From: the human T2T-CHM13v2.0 reference genome, Homo sapiens
Reading direction: 5' to 3' (one strand)
DNA: 64,000 nucleotides
Assembly: GCF_009914755.1 (NCBI RefSeq)
Contig: NC_060935.1
Shown here: positions 14,801-33,255 of the stretch, piece by piece
Position numbering within the stretch: position 1 is the stretch's first letter
Layout: the number at the start of each line of letters is the position of its first letter
Notes under the pieces: generated by a model
The model's input: the letters and a program-made list of their open reading frames with translations, nothing else
Told to the model about the DNA's origin: nothing
Database searches by the model: none
Program-made: the position numbers and the translations under genes

Positions 14801-15025
14801 CATTGGTCCTCAACTAGGGACTAGTTTGCTACCCAAGAGTCACTTGGCAATGTTTGGAGACACTGTTGGTTGGCACAACTGGTGGTGCAGGGATGTATGT
14901 ACCACATGCATCTGGTGGGTAGAGGACAGGGATCCTGCTAAGATCCTACAATGTGCAGGACAGCCCCCAACAAAAAAGAATTATTTGACTAAAAATTTTC
15001 ATAGTGCTAAAGTTGAGTAATCCTG
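14801..15025. mobile_element. MER20 hAT-Charlie DNA transposon
   Basis: TIRs cattggtcctcaac / gttgagtaatcctg, internal catctggtgggtagagg..ggatcctgctaa, and 8-bp TSD-like ctttatac/ttttataa. Confidence 0.85.
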
Positions 15026-16379
15026 TTTTATAATTAGGATTTACATAAAGATGTTACCTTATACATATATATAGGAATCATTACTGATAATTTAAATATA
15101 CATGAATTAATCTACTCTAAATACTGAATGTCAGATACTGTGTTGATCTCACTTGTCACAATCTCTTAATTTGTCAAAGTTATAAGCTGATGTTTTGCTT
15201 TCAAGAGGTGTGACGACTCATGAATAGGTCTGCTGTTTTTGTCAAACATAAACATGAATAAGAAGGATTTTGTCAGTATTCCCAATTCTTTGAACCTGTT
15301 TTAAGTGATTTTCAGCATTTAGGTCCTAGTGAAAAGTAATTCCACAAACCAGTTTTCATCAAAGCTTAGTAAGTGCTACCTCAGCCCCTGATCTCTGAAA
15401 CAAGCTTGTGGTAACATGCCAATCCATTGATTTAGTCATTGCTGTTGCAGGACTTCGATGCTAATTCTATTTTTAGTTTCTGTTTGTAGCAACTAGCAAG
15501 TATTAATGGAGAAATGAGAGAGAAATAGTCTTTTTTTTTTTTTTTTTTCCAAAGCAAAACTAGTCAGTGGCTCTGTGGCTGCAATTCCCAGTGCACTGTG
15601 ATTTTGCCTTTAAATGTAATTTCAAAACAGCTGTAATGGCAAATTAGTTTCTTTCTATTAGTTAAGTGATTATACACCAATCAGAATTGAATATACACAC
15701 TATTAAGTTTATAATTATATTTGAGAATTTCACAGTCCACTTCGTCTTCCTTTAGGACTCCTTGAGCGCTCCCTGATTCACACTTCTTATTGAAGGGAGG
15801 GTTTTACCAAATGTTTAAACATGGTAATCTTGGTGGAGAATATTTAAAGTCAGGCTCAAAGCTGAATCGAATGGCTAAGTTTTCAAGGTCTTTTTTACTT
15901 AAGCCTTGGTCAGAATCCAGTTTAACAGTGAGTGAAATTGACTGTTGATAGCAGTGACTTGGCTATCTCTATCCATTTCCTAGTGGACAGGACTTTGAAT
16001 TCCTGCCATCTCCTTGTCATAACAAAAACCAAATATTAAATGAGTTGGCCATGATGCAGTGACCAGATTTAGAGGAAACCCTTTCAAGGTTACACAAATA
16101 GCTATAAAGGACTTGGATACTGTTATCTTTTCTGGGAAACAAATTGTGGCAAAAGAGAGTATTTTTTTTTTAGATTTGTTTCTGTTCATGAAACTTAATT
16201 TTTATAGCTTTCACTTTTTTTCATAATGCAGCTTGCTGTTACATAAATTCAATTATTTTATTCAAGGAAATTTATTAAGAGCCTCCCATGTTCTTCAATT
16301 TGTAATAATTCTATACAGAATAAGCTTGAAGGAGAGCATGGCGCATGTATAAGATTGTTCCTCAATGTCAGCAAGAAAG

Positions 16380-16982
<603 letters not shown>

Positions 16983-17214
16983 GAATGTTACCATGCTTTT
17001 AAAACATTTAGCAAAATGTGTAGCCCACAGCAGGTTGTCAGTGAATGATAAAGGATCATCTTCATCATCATCTGATTACCATTATCATGAGAAAGGAAAT
17101 GCTCCATCATTAGAGGAATTGAATCAGAGGCTACTTTCAAGTTAGTGACTAGTATATTCATGCAGACAGTATAGCTTCAATCTAGATTACCTCTTTTGTT
17201 ATTAAATGAATAAC

Positions 17215-17895
17215 ATCTTAATGTTAGAATTTCAGAGCTGTGGCAACTGGGCAGAAATATTTTTAGGCAAGAGCACCTTCCCTCCATGTAGGCAACTACC
17301 TCTTCTGGGAATACATGAACTGACACCTGAGAATCCTAATTAACTTTCTTTTACCAAGTTTAAACAGTTCTTTTTTTAAAAAACTTTTCCAAAATCATAG
17401 TTGCTCTCCTTTGAATCCACTCCAAATTCCACACATCTCCCTTGAATTAGTTTAGCTACATAGTCCAGAAATGCTGCATGAATTCTTCATGTTACTGCTT
17501 CTTTTATTTATGCATCCTGAGAACACATTTTTTTTTTTTTTTCACCAATGACAGAACCATTCTTGACACCTGTTTAGCTTGAGGTCAGCTCTATCTGTAA
17601 CTCTCTTTTTGTAGCTGCATAATGTCAGCTGTTTCTCATCTGGAGTTTTTGCACTTTGTTTCTCATTTCAAAATGCACTTTTGTGCTGGTTGAAAGTCAT
17701 TATTTTTATTTCTGCCTCCTTCTGCTGCCAGGGTCATTTGGAAATCTAATTTATCTTCTAAGGGTGAATGACTCACCCTTCTTTTCCACCTCTGGTGGCC
17801 ATGTCATCTGTGGATGTGATGAAGAGCTTTTTCATCCCTAGATAAGTGATGAAAGAAAATGTTTAAAAGCTGCAGGCACTGGATGGTCTTCTGCA
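17215..17895 (-). mobile_element. Ancient CR1/L3 LINE remnant
   Basis: Degenerate antisense RT-like motifs (tgtcatctgtggatgtgat; gatgaaagaaaatgtttaa) and an L3-like 3' region. Confidence 0.4.
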
Positions 17896-18278
17896 TGAAT
17901 TTTAGTTAAGAGATTTCAGTGACTTAAGCAGCTCAAAATTAATTAAAACAAAAATATTCTTATGAGGTATGGGGATGTCTTAAGTATGTAGACTTAGGAA
18001 GCTTATTTGCAGCAATTGAGTGTTGAATATTTAGGTCAGTATATTTGGACTAGTCCTCTGAATGGAAATAAAGGTATTTTCTGTGACACACTATATCAAA
18101 GTACTTTACTTAATCAGCAGCTTCTACCATCTGAAACATAAAAGAGAACTAGAAAATAAGCATCCAAAAGTCCTGACTAGAGTGTTTTATGGGCCAGATC
18201 TCAAGCACTTTATGCTTAAAAATTGGGAAGGTCTCTAATGACCCATACTAAATCTGTATTTGTTTTTACTTCACCTAC

Positions 18279-18822
18279 TGTTTTAACTATGCCTTTTATT
18301 TTCTGTACTTTTCAACTTTGACATCTGCGGCCTTGCTGGCCCTAAAGGGAGTGCTTCTCCCAGGGTTAGCCAATTCCTAGAGAGAATAAATCACTTGCCT
18401 TCTTCAGCATGCTTTTCAAATACCAACCAATTAATTCAGAGTCCACAACCTCAATCACCTACTTTACTGAGCTCTCACACTCCAGGTCACTATCCACCTA
18501 CCCTATCACCCCAGGGCCAGCTACATGACAACTAGGGTTGGCCCCTCTGTCCTGGAGTCTGCTGAAATTGTTCAAATTAGACAAAATGAAGCTTGCTTAT
18601 CCTGCCTTGCCCATTCCTTCCTGTAGAAACTATGATAAAGGATCTTGTCTACAGTTTCCCCCTCCTCCTCTGCTTTTTGACTAGCCCCATGCTAGGTCCC
18701 TGCATGGTGTGATGTGCCTTCTCCTCTTGAACACTATGGATCACAAACTATCTTTTCAATGGCAATTGTCCCCTGATCTGTTGGCCTTACCAGAGCTATG
18801 TAATAATAAATCTTATTAGAAC
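18279..18822 (+). mobile_element. MER74-like solo LTR (ERVL)
   Basis: ctttgacatctgcggccttgctg...cccagggttagccaattcctagaga matches MER74 from recall. Ends aataaa...agaaca. Confidence 0.75.
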
Positions 18823-19189
18823 ACAGATAAAAGGTTCAAACTTCCAGTTTCCTAAAATATAGCAGGCACAAGAGTAATAAGCTAGAACAGAAGGGAGGTT
18901 CTATAATCACGTATGTTGGTGGTACTATAGGCTGTAACTTATTGGTTGGATAAATAACTTCTTGCCAAGCAATGTAAGCAATATATAAGTGTGACAAACT
19001 TAGATGGAAATGAGAACAAGGTAAAATGTGTTCTTTCAGTTTTAAACTTTTTTTTTGGTTTATTATTTTTTTTACACTTTAATCCCTCATCTGTTTCCTT
19101 TAATCTCACATTTGAACCCATTTTTGGCATGTGTGCTGCTCTTGGCCATAAAGAAACTCATTCTCATTTTGGTATTACTAGTGATAATG

Positions 19190-19440
19190 ATAACAGCAAC
19201 AGAAAAATAACTTTAAAATTCCATCATAAGACAAACTTTGTACTGAGAGCATTATATGTTTCTTCATTTGAAACTTGCAATAAACCCTGAAATGTAGATG
19301 TTATTTCCTTGTTAGACGAGCAAAGAGACATTTATAGAGGTCATTTTAACTTATGCTAAATTGTCTAGTCAGTTCTAATAGAACCTGGACTCAGGTGTAT
19401 GCTATCTAATCATCTCTTCTGTGTTACATTGTTCACTACG
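19190..19440 (-). mobile_element. MIR SINE
   Basis: Degenerate MIR core (aaaccctgaaatgtagatgttatt...agaggtc...aacttatgctaa). Confidence 0.45.
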
Positions 19441-20259
19441 TTGTATTGAATAGACTCTTTCGGTGGTAGCTTAAAGAGGACAAGGAAGTAGCTAATGTCT
19501 GGATGATATGTCCTTTTGTGCTATGAACTCAATGATTTTCTCCTTTGGAAAATTAATTCCTTCTTCTTGCTTTGAAAATGTATTGCTTATATTTCAAATT
19601 ACACAAATCACAGTTATATTGGAGATAGGTGGATATGTATTGCCAGCTCAACCAGCTTGTAGGCTGCATGGGTGCAGGAACTCTACCTCATCTTTTTATT
19701 CTTCAGAGTATTTAGCACAGGGACTTGAGATTATTAATTATACAATAAATATTTGTTGAGTTGATCTGAAGATTAAATGTGTTAATGCATATTACATCTT
19801 TTTGTAAGACACTAGCCACATGAAAGACAATATGATTATTTGAGTCATCATATATAGAGAAGGAAGGGAAATAGAGGAGGGCGGGAGGGGGAAACCCACT
19901 CCAGAGACTTTAAAATCTCTTTGAGAGTGAAGTCATTAAAATCTGAATATAAAATTTTAATTTAAACTAGAATTTTTCTAGTTGCTCCTAGTGTAGTAGA
20001 CTTTTCTAAATTTTTACTAAAAACTTTGAGAAGATAAAGGAAAAAAGATGAAACCCTACAGCAATATTGAGAACAAAGACTCACAGAAAAAAATTCAAAA
20101 TCTGGGAGAAATTTACTCTTACCTAGAGGATAATTGTGCTTCTATTACTTAGATTCAGTTTCAAATAAGAGAATACTCTAATAGTGACTAAAACATGAGG
20201 ACATTTCTTGTTTGTTTAACAAGTAGCCTGATGTTAGATGTTCTCTGTATACTTCAAGC

Positions 20260-20547
20260 ACCCAACATCACCATCAAGAAATTAGGTTATTTCCATTTAT
20301 TCTCACTGCATTCTCAATGTGTTGACATTTTGTCCTCAGATTTTTCATCTCATCATCTCAGGATAGCTGCCATAGCTCCAGATACTACATTCTAACACAG
20401 AATCATATCAAGCAGGAAGGAAGAGAGAAGGGGCAAAAATAGAACATTTTCTTCTATGTTTCTTTCTTATGTGGAAGGAAAAATACCCCAACCCTAAGTC
20501 TTCAGTGGACTTCTCTTTACATCATTGCCTAGAAGTAGGTCAATCAT
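20260..20547 (-). mobile_element. Old LTR fragment (LTR33/MLT-like)
   Basis: gatagctgccatagctccagatactacattct...gacttctctttacatcattgcctagaa motifs. Confidence 0.35.
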
Positions 20548-21020
<473 letters not shown>

Positions 21021-22167
21021 TTACCTGGAAAGCACAAGGGGTTGGAAAATTTTCTCCCCTCCCCAAGGGAAGCTGTGAGGGACTGAGCCTGTGGAACTGT
21101 GCACTCTGGCCCAGATACTGTGCTTTTCCCACGGTCTTCGCAACCTGCAGACCAGGAGGTTCCCTCTGGTGCCTATCCTACCAGGGCCCTGGGTTTCAAG
21201 CACAAAACTGGGTGGCCGTTTGGGCAGACAGTGAACTAGCTGCAGGAGTTGTTTTTTTTTTTTTCCCATACCCCAGTGGCGCCTGGAATGCCAGCGAGAC
21301 AGAACTGTTCACTCCCCTGGAAAGGGGTGCTAAAGCCAGGGAGCCGAGTGGTCTGGCTCAGCGGTTCCCATCCCCAAGGAGCCCAGCAAACTAAGATCCA
21401 CTGTCTTGAAATTCTCACTGCCAGCACGGCAGCAGTCTGAGATCAACCTGGGACGCTCAAGCTTGGTGGAGGGAGGGGTATCTGCCATTGCTGAGGCTTG
21501 AGTAGGCAGTTTTACCGTCACAGTGTAAACAAAGCCTCCGGGAAGTTCAAAGTGGGTGGAGCCCACTGCAGCTCAGCAAGGCCACTGTGGCCAGACTGCC
21601 ACATTTCTCCTCTCTGGGCAGGGCAGCTCTGAAAAAAAGGCAGCATCCCCAGTCAGGGATTTATAGATAAAACCCCCATGACCCTGGGACAGAGCACCTG
21701 GGGGAAGGGGTGGCTGTGGGCACAGCTTCAGCAGACTTAAACACCCCTGCCTGCTGGCTCTGAAGAGAGCAGCAGACCAGCACGCATTCGAGCTCTGCTA
21801 AGGGTCAGGCTGCCTCCTCAAGTGGGTCCCTGATCCCCAAGTCTCCTGACTGGGAGACACCTCCCAGTAGAGGACAAGAGACACCTCATACAGGAGAGCT
21901 CTGGCTAGCATCTGGCAGGTGCCCCTCTGGGATGAAGCTTCCAGAGGAAAGAACAGGCAGCAATCTTTGATGTTCTGCAGGCTCCACTGGTGATAACCAG
22001 GCAAAGAGGGTCTGGAGTGGACCTCCAGCAAACTCGAGCAGACCTGCAGCAGAGGGGCCTGACTGTTAGAAGGAAAACTGACAAACAGAAAGGAATAGCA
22101 TGTCCACTCAAAGACCCTATCCTAAAGTCACCAACATCAAAGACCAAAGGTACACAAATCCACAAAG

Positions 22168-23027
22168 ATGGGGAGAAACCAGAACCAGAGTTCTAACACA
22201 TGAGAGGAAGCTAAGAACCTTGAAAAAAGGTTAGAGGAATTGCTAACTAGAATAACCAGTTTAGAGAAGAACATAAATGACCTGATGGAGCTGAAAAACA
22301 CAGCAAGAGAACTTCATGAAGCATACACAAGTATCAGTAGCTGAGTTGATCAAGCAGAAGAAAGGATATCAGAGATTGAAGATCAACTTAATGAAATAAA
22401 GCTAGAAGACAAGATTAGAGAAAAAAGAATAAAAGGAATGAACAAAGCCAAAGCAATATAGGACTATGTGAAAAGACCAAATCTACATTTGATTGGTGTA
22501 CCTGAAAGTGATGGGGAGAATGGAACCAAGTTATAAAACACTCTTCAGGATATTATTGAGGAGAACTTCTCCAACCTAGGAAGGCAGGCCAACATTCAAA
22601 TTCAGGAAATACAGAGAACACCACAAAGATACTCCTTGAGAAGAGCAACCCCAAGACACATAATTGTCAGTTTCACCAAGGTTGAAATGAAGGAAAAAAT
22701 GTTAAGGGCAGCCAGAGAGAAAGGTCGGGTTACCCACAAAGGGAAACCCATCAGACTAACAGCAGATCTCTCGGCAGAAACCCTACAAGCCAGAAGAGAG
22801 TGGGGGACAATATTCAACATTCTTAAAGGAAAGATTTTTCAACCCAGAATTTCATATCCAGCGAAACTAAGCTTCATAAGCAAAGGAGAAATAAAATCCT
22901 TACAGACAAGCAAATGCTGAGAGATTTTGTCACCACCAGGCCTGCCTTACAAGAGCTCCTGAAGGACGCACTAAACATGGAAAGGAACAACCAGTACCAG
23001 CCACTGCAAAAACATACCAAATTGTAA
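22168..23027 (+). pseudogene. L1 ORF1p (disrupted; N-terminal deletion near 22185, frameshifts)
   Basis: ATG GGG AGA AAC CAG start. RRATPRHII..KEKMLRAAREKG..PIRLTADLSAETLQARREW (ORF 22636-22920). Confidence 0.93.
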
Positions 23028-23090
23028 AGACCATTGACAATATGAAGAAACTGCATCAACTAACGGGCAAAATAACCAGCTAGCATCATA

Positions 23091-26818
<3,728 letters not shown>

Positions 26819-27209
26819 GGACATGGATGACGCTGGAAACCATCATTCTCAGCAAACTGTCACAAGGACAGAAAACCAAACACCGCATGTTCCCACTCAT
26901 AGGTGGGAGGTGAACAATGAGAACACATGGACACAGGGAGGGAAACATCACATACTGGGGCGTGTAGGGAGGTGGGTGGCTAGGGGAAGGATAGCATTAG
27001 GAGAAATACCTAATGTAGGTGACGGGTTGATGCGTGCAGCAAACCATCATGGTACATGTATACCTATGTAAAAAAACTACACATTCTGCACATGTACCCC
27101 AGAACTTAAGGTATTAAAAAAAAGAAGTGGGTCCATCACTTTCAAAGATAAATAGATTTTTTTGTGACCAATAATTAGTCTAGGGATAGGCACATTATCA
27201 CATATGTGT

Positions 27210-27251
27210 ACACAAACACACACACACACACACACGCACACACACACACAC
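27210..27251. repeat. (CA)n microsatellite
   Basis: Directly visible. Confidence 0.95.
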
Positions 27252-28444
27252 AGTCATGGTTCCTTTGGAAATGAAGAATGCGAATATGGCTACTATGTCA
27301 ACAAACAACAGTATCTGTCATAAAACTAGATTAAGAAAATAATTTTGTCTGCCACATGCTTTGCTTCATGAAACAGAGCAGCCCCTTCTATCTGAAGAAT
27401 GTTAGAAGCTACTTGTTTTCCACTCTGAAATGTGCCCCTGGAGAGAGAATCTGGACCAGTGACTACCAGAAAACTGAGCACTGGCTCCTCCATTATAAAG
27501 ATATTCTGTTTGAGACTGTCATTTATCTGATTCACCCATAATTCTGTATTCCCATGCACCATTTTACTATATTTTTAAAAAAGACTGCAACTTTGAGAAG
27601 ATAACAGGGCAGAATGTGGAAGAAACTAACAATGATCTCTTATATTCTGGGAAGTATAGTTTTCACAAATAATAGATTGCATTTAGGATAGGAATTGATT
27701 GAAAACAGTGCCTTCTGAAGATTACAGTTTTTTTCATGAACTTCATAATTAGAACATCATACTGTGTCATAATCTGAATTTCCATCTTCTGTTCATTAAA
27801 ACCAGTGGCAGTATGGATGAAAGCATGCTACATCCTGGGAATTGAATATATTTAGGAATATATTATGTTCAGTATTAATATTTAAGAAGACAGTTTGCCC
27901 AAAGAACACAAAAATTAACAGTGAACTAATCCAGTGACATCTATACACTTTTTCTATTATCGGTTCTTTCTTCTTACTCAAGACAAGAAATAATCCGTAT
28001 CATTTATATGTAGATAATACAAAGCAAGGAAAAGGAAAGAAAATTTAGAAAGAACATAGTTTTGAAAATGATCTACTATAGGTAACAAAAGAATAACTTA
28101 AAAATTCTTGTTCTTAATATTATAGTTCTTGACATAGGAGTAGTCATAAGAAGAGAACAGTTGAGATGGTTGATCTGAGGAAGGATTGCAAGGACACATT
28201 TTAATATCATCTTCTTGGGCAAAGCTTGATGCTCCTGTGTTTCGCTTAACTGATCCTCTTCTACATCCTCATGTTTTATAACGCTAGGAAATGTATTTTT
28301 TTTTTTTTAGCTATATCTGTTGTAACACAATTTAGGTGAAATCTCTTCACTTTTTGGATGAAAAGCTAATAAAACATTTGTTAAAATAGTCAGAGGTTTT
28401 ACAAATTTAGGATACTATGGGAGGAGAATTTAATTCAAAATATA

Positions 28445-30903
28445 TCAGTAAGGACCTGTTAATTTATGTTACAGTAAAAAATAATCCCTAATTTTCAGTA
28501 GGTTAAAATTACAGAGTTTGATTTCTCACTCATACCACATGTCCATCTTGGGTGGGCAAGGGGGACTTTGCAAGAAAAGATCCTATTTCAGGATCTAGGC
28601 TGGTAAAACAGTCACTACTGGGACATTGCCAGCCATCCTGGAAGAGGGAAAAATTACCTTTGGATGGTCATGTCTAGGCACTTAAGTGTTCTGACACAGA
28701 AGTGATTCGTGTTACTTTTATTTACAACTTATTTGCCAGATCGAGTTTTATAGCCTAATCCAACCAGATGAAAGCCAGGCATATAATTCTACTTGTGAGT
28801 GGACAGTGGGAAATTAGAAATCTACAGTGAATTCACTCAAGACAATCACAATCTACCTATTTGGTTCCAAATATTTGCTTTATTCTTTCTTGCAAGCAAC
28901 ATATATTCTCTGTCTTCCCATTGGAGAAAATAGAAAAGTTTTATCCATTCATAACATCAAATCAGAGTCTAGGATTTTTGATAATTCATGGTGGTTTCTA
29001 AATTGCAGAGATGAGAGCAGAGCCACAGGTCCAGATGTGGCTCCTGCTATCCATAGATCTGTGAACTAAAAAGAATAATTAGTCTGTTTCTCCCAACCTA
29101 ATATACAATGATTGAGCAGGATAAATAAAGTAAACATTCTTGTTTGGAAGTGGAAAGTAAGGAAGATTCACAGTAGTTACTGATTCATAGCAATTTGTAA
29201 ATTCTACTAGGGATAATTTTCAAGGGCCTGCTATTCTGAGGATAACAAATATTCTTTTTCTCAGTTCTGATTCTGCTAGGAGAGAAGCTCCCCAGTCCAT
29301 TGTTCTTTGTAGCTCTTAGTTCTATTCTCTTTGAGGTTCTTCCTTTCCAATTATTCTCTTTGACTGTGTCTAGAATGGGGATTAGAGAATATGCTTTCCC
29401 TTTGTTTAAGCTGCTTATCGGTTGTTTTCTTTTGCATAGGAAGTTAGAAATCCAAAAGTCATTTTAAGTCTTGAAGTTTCAATATTTTCTCCTCCCCCTC
29501 CTTCTCCTCCTCCTCCTTTTCCTTCTTTGCCTCCTTCTCCACATACCTCTAATTTATTTGGGATTATAAATGTTTGAAAAACTTAGCAGGCTTCTTACTT
29601 ATTTGCTTCTAGTCTATTTGTCCATAGAAATACTCACAGTATGTGAGTATGTGCATATGTACATATATATTTTTGACTTGGAGGGAGTGACAGACTTCAG
29701 GCTTTTTTCTTTTTTTTTCTTGAGCAATTTTGAACAATTGAAGGGATTTATTGGGTTTCATCTTAATCTATCTAAAGACTTTTAACAATAAGTGTAAGGG
29801 CACTTCCTTGTTTTTGTACTTTTAGACTGAGTTTTATCTAAGCATTGTTTCTCAGAGTGTGTCTCCATTTTATTTTTTCCTCTTCAGGACTGAGAAACAC
29901 TTGCCTCTTCCAACTCTATGGGTCCCTAAATTTGTGGTTTCTCTCTATTCTCTGTTATTCCTGCTCACAGCTGAACCAGTTCTATTCTGAGCCCATCTTT
30001 TCCTTTTAATACTTTGCAAAGTGCAACAAACAGCAGCTGGGACACATTGCTAATGCTCCAATTTGTCCCTCAGAAATACAAGTTCATCAGGTGCAGGATC
30101 TGCTTTATAAATTATTGCAGTCAATGTGTGGTGGTAAATGTTTAATAGCCAGCTCTCCAGGAAAACAAAAGCAAAAACTCCATGATTTATGGTGCTCCCA
30201 ATTTCAGTGGTATAAATTCTTCTATTATGATGGATCCAAGTTAACAACATCACATCATAAAACTTGGAGTTGGGAAGAGATACTCACAATTAGCTGTCTT
30301 GGGCATAAACCAGCTCTAGCACACCACTGAATACAGGTGATTATTTTATCAAAAGCATTGCCATTGCTTAATATGGAGCATCATCCTTCCATGTTTCTCA
30401 CAACAGGCTGTCTAGCCCAAAGCCAAAGCCACATATTTTGGATTTTTTTAATGGCAACTCCCCACTTCTCAGTACCAATTTAGGTATTAGTTAGTATAGA
30501 CTATGTTATGCCACAGTAGCAAACAAAGCCAAAATCTCAGTGCCTTAAAACAAGAAAGGTTTATTTCTCACACATACTGCCATGCCCATCACAGGATGTC
30601 TAGGGCCTATGCTTCACACGTCCATACTGCAGGACCCAGGCAGTTAGAGCAGCCATCACCTGGAACATAGCAGATGTTCCAGCCTCATGGAGAGGGAAAG
30701 AGAACCCTGGAGGGTTTGGTACTGGCAACTAAATGAATTGTTCTCAGAAATGATGTGTACCACTTCTCTCCACAATTCATTGGCCAGAATTAGTGGCAAG
30801 ACCACAAAAAGAAAAGAAAAGAGGAAAGAAAGTGTGAACCTACCATGTACCTGAAAGGCAAAGAACAGAAAATATTTGGCAGTTGGCACTAATGGCTATC
30901 ACA
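28445..30903 (-). mobile_element. MLT1 (I/J-like) MaLR element with two LTRs (~28445-28850, ~30483-30903) and internal region
   Basis: Two homologous degenerate LTRs, both with atttctcac..catac..catg and ttgccaga/tggccaga, both ending atcaca. MaLR PBS-like ccacttctcagtaccaatt sits next to the right LTR. Confidence 0.7.
30122..30329 (-). mobile_element. MER63-like hAT-Blackjack element nested in MLT1-int
   Basis: Termini caatgtgtggtggtaaatg / ctagcacaccactg. Internal ggagttgggaagagat. Confidence 0.7.
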
Positions 30904-31055
30904 ACTCTGTAACAGTAGAGGTGTCTACAGCCACACAATTTGTGCAACTTGCCAAGCAACTAGAGTAGTGTTTTTCTTGTTTATTTTTTTGTATCTTATA
31001 TAGAAGATTTTAATCAGTAAAGACTAAGAAAATACACAATAACAGCAATTATTTT

Positions 31056-31355
31056 AATTTTTAAATTTTTTTTGAGATGGAGTCTCGGTCTGTCAACCAG
31101 GCTGGAGTTCAGTGGCTCGATCTCAGTTTACTGAAGCCTCCTTCTCCCAGGTTCAAGCGATTCTCCTGCCTCAGCCTCCCAAATAGCTAGGATTACAGGC
31201 ACCCACCACCACGCCCAGCTAATTTTTTGTATTTTTAGTAGAAATGGTTTTCACCATGTTGGCCAGGCTGGTCTCGAACTCCTGACCTCAAGTGATCCAC
31301 CTGCCTTGGCCTCCCAAAGTGCTGGGATTACAGGCGTGAGTCACTGCTCCCTGCC
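31056..31355 (-). mobile_element. AluS
   Basis: Full antisense Alu. TSD agcaattatttt at 31044-31055 and 31357-31368. Confidence 0.97.
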
Positions 31356-32032
31356 AAGCAATTATTTTTTTTTACTAAGCTCTTCTTTATATCATGATCC
31401 AATAAAGGTTTTTGAATATTCCTACTGTAACTGACTAAAATTAGGATATATTATATAATAGCTAGTAGATTAAACACAAACACAAACATCCACATACACA
31501 CACATGCACATTCATGAAATATCATAAGAAAATAAGAAAATTGCTGTCATAGAAATCTCTGAGTGATGCGTTCCTGAGTTTCTTTTATTTTACCTTTTAT
31601 CCAATTTTATGTAAGCTTAGAATTTTGCAGCAACAAACATAATTTCCTTTATAATGAGAAAAAATCAGATATTAAAAATTTATATAATTTTTAAATGATA
31701 TATATTAATTCAGCTATGTAAAAATATAATCAGAATTGAAAAATTTAGATGGAAGGATATCAAAATATTCTCAGTGGTTGTTCCTGAGTGGTGGGATTAG
31801 GTGTGATTCAAAAAATATATTTGTCTTTTCCTTTTTCAGATTTGCTACAATGATGAGATATTGTTTATATTGTTATAATAATTTAAAAATGACAAATGAG
31901 GCACCTTTTTATTTCTTCTTTTCATAATAATTAATTGTAATTTCATTTTTATGAAAAATTGTCTTTTTCACCAATGCTTCTGCTATTATGTTTATACGTA
32001 TTATGTCTATTGTCATTTTCATTTTCAATGAA

Positions 32033-32077
32033 GATATATATATACATACATATATGTATATATATATACACATATAT
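32033..32077. repeat. Imperfect (TA)n/(TACA) simple repeat
   Basis: Directly visible. Confidence 0.85.
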
Positions 32078-32082
32078 CCCTC

Positions 32083-32478
32083 TGCATTAGTCCATTCTCA
32101 CATTCCTATAAAGAAATACCTGAGACTGGGTAATTTATAAAGAAAAGATGTTTAATTGGCTCATGGTTCTGCAGGCTGTGCAGGAAGCATGATGCTGGCA
32201 TCTGCTCAGCTTCTGGGGAGGCCTTAGGAAACTTACAATCATGGCAGAAGGTGAAGGGGGAGCTGGCAATTCACATGGCTGGAGCAGGAAGAAGGCAGAG
32301 ACAGGGAAGGTGCCACACACTTTAAAACAACCAGATATCAAAAGAACTCACTATCGTGATGATAGCACCAAGAGAGGATAGTGCTAAACCGCGAGAAACC
32401 GTTCCCATGATCCAATGACCTCCCACCAGGCCCACCTCCAGCACTGGAGATGACATTTCTATGTGAGATTTGGGTGGG
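32083..32478 (-). mobile_element. MSTA-like MaLR solo LTR
   Basis: ataaagaaatacctgagactgggtaatttataaagaaaag...ggaaacttacaatcatggcagaagg...cctcccaccaggcccacctcca. Confidence 0.88.
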
Positions 32479-32534
32479 TTTCTTTTGAGAAGCCTATCCC
32501 AAGCCAGCAGGATGGGCTGGCCACTGAACATCAA

Positions 32535-32794
32535 GACTCAGGTCAAATGTCCTCTATTCAGAGGATTTCCTCGACTACCCAATTAATCTAGAAAAATACT
32601 TGTCAGGCATTTCCTTTCATGTTTGCTTTGATTTATAAAGCTTACCACTCTTTAAAATCATCTTATCTGCTTATGTTTACTTGATTTGAATTTATCTCCC
32701 TCTTAGAATGTCAGTTTCATGAGAGCAGGCTCCCTCTCTGTCTTGTTCTCCACTGTATTCTTAACACTTAGATCAGTGCCTGGCACATAATAAG
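32535..32794 (+). mobile_element. L2 3' fragment, split by the provirus (remainder at 41180-41220)
   Basis: cagtgcctggcacataataag | ERV | gtaagcactcaatt..gttgaataaatgaatga rejoins into a typical L2 3' end. Confidence 0.7.
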
Positions 32795-33234
32795 TGTTAG
32801 TCCGAACTGCACCATTTTGTAAACCACCCACTATTTTGCAGACCTTGGTCAAAGTGAAACATTCATGGGGGTTCTGGCTGTGAGAAACATCCTGCCTAAC
32901 ACCTGCCTACAAGTCAGACAAAGGCCCAACTAAAGAAATATCCCTATCATATTCTGTTGGGAGAAAGTGCAAAGAAACACCATGTTCCACCAGAAAAAGG
33001 GCCAGAACTGCCTCATCATGGGAACATCTTATCAATATCCTGCTGAGCAGCAAGCCATATGGCCCAGACCCCTCCCGCTCAAACCTTTAAGTACCCCAGC
33101 CTGTAAGTGGAGGTGGGCTCTGGCATTAAGCTGGTCTCCCACTTCCATAGGTGTCTGCAATATACTTGTATTGCTGTTTGAGCCGCCCTGTGTGTGTCTT
33201 TCTTTAACCCTCGCCTTCCCTTTAAAACCTAACA
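32795..33234 (+). repeat. 5' LTR (440 bp)
   Basis: tgttagtccgaactgcacc...aaaacctaaca, homologous to 40671-41179. Confidence 0.95.
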
Positions 33235-33237
33235 TTT

Positions 33238-33255
33238 TGGTGCCAAAGCCAGGGA
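33238..33255 (+). promoter_or_regulatory. Primer-binding site complementary to tRNA-Phe
   Basis: tggtgccaaagccaggga vs TGGTGCCGAAACCCGGGA (15/18), 3 nt after the LTR. Confidence 0.85.
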
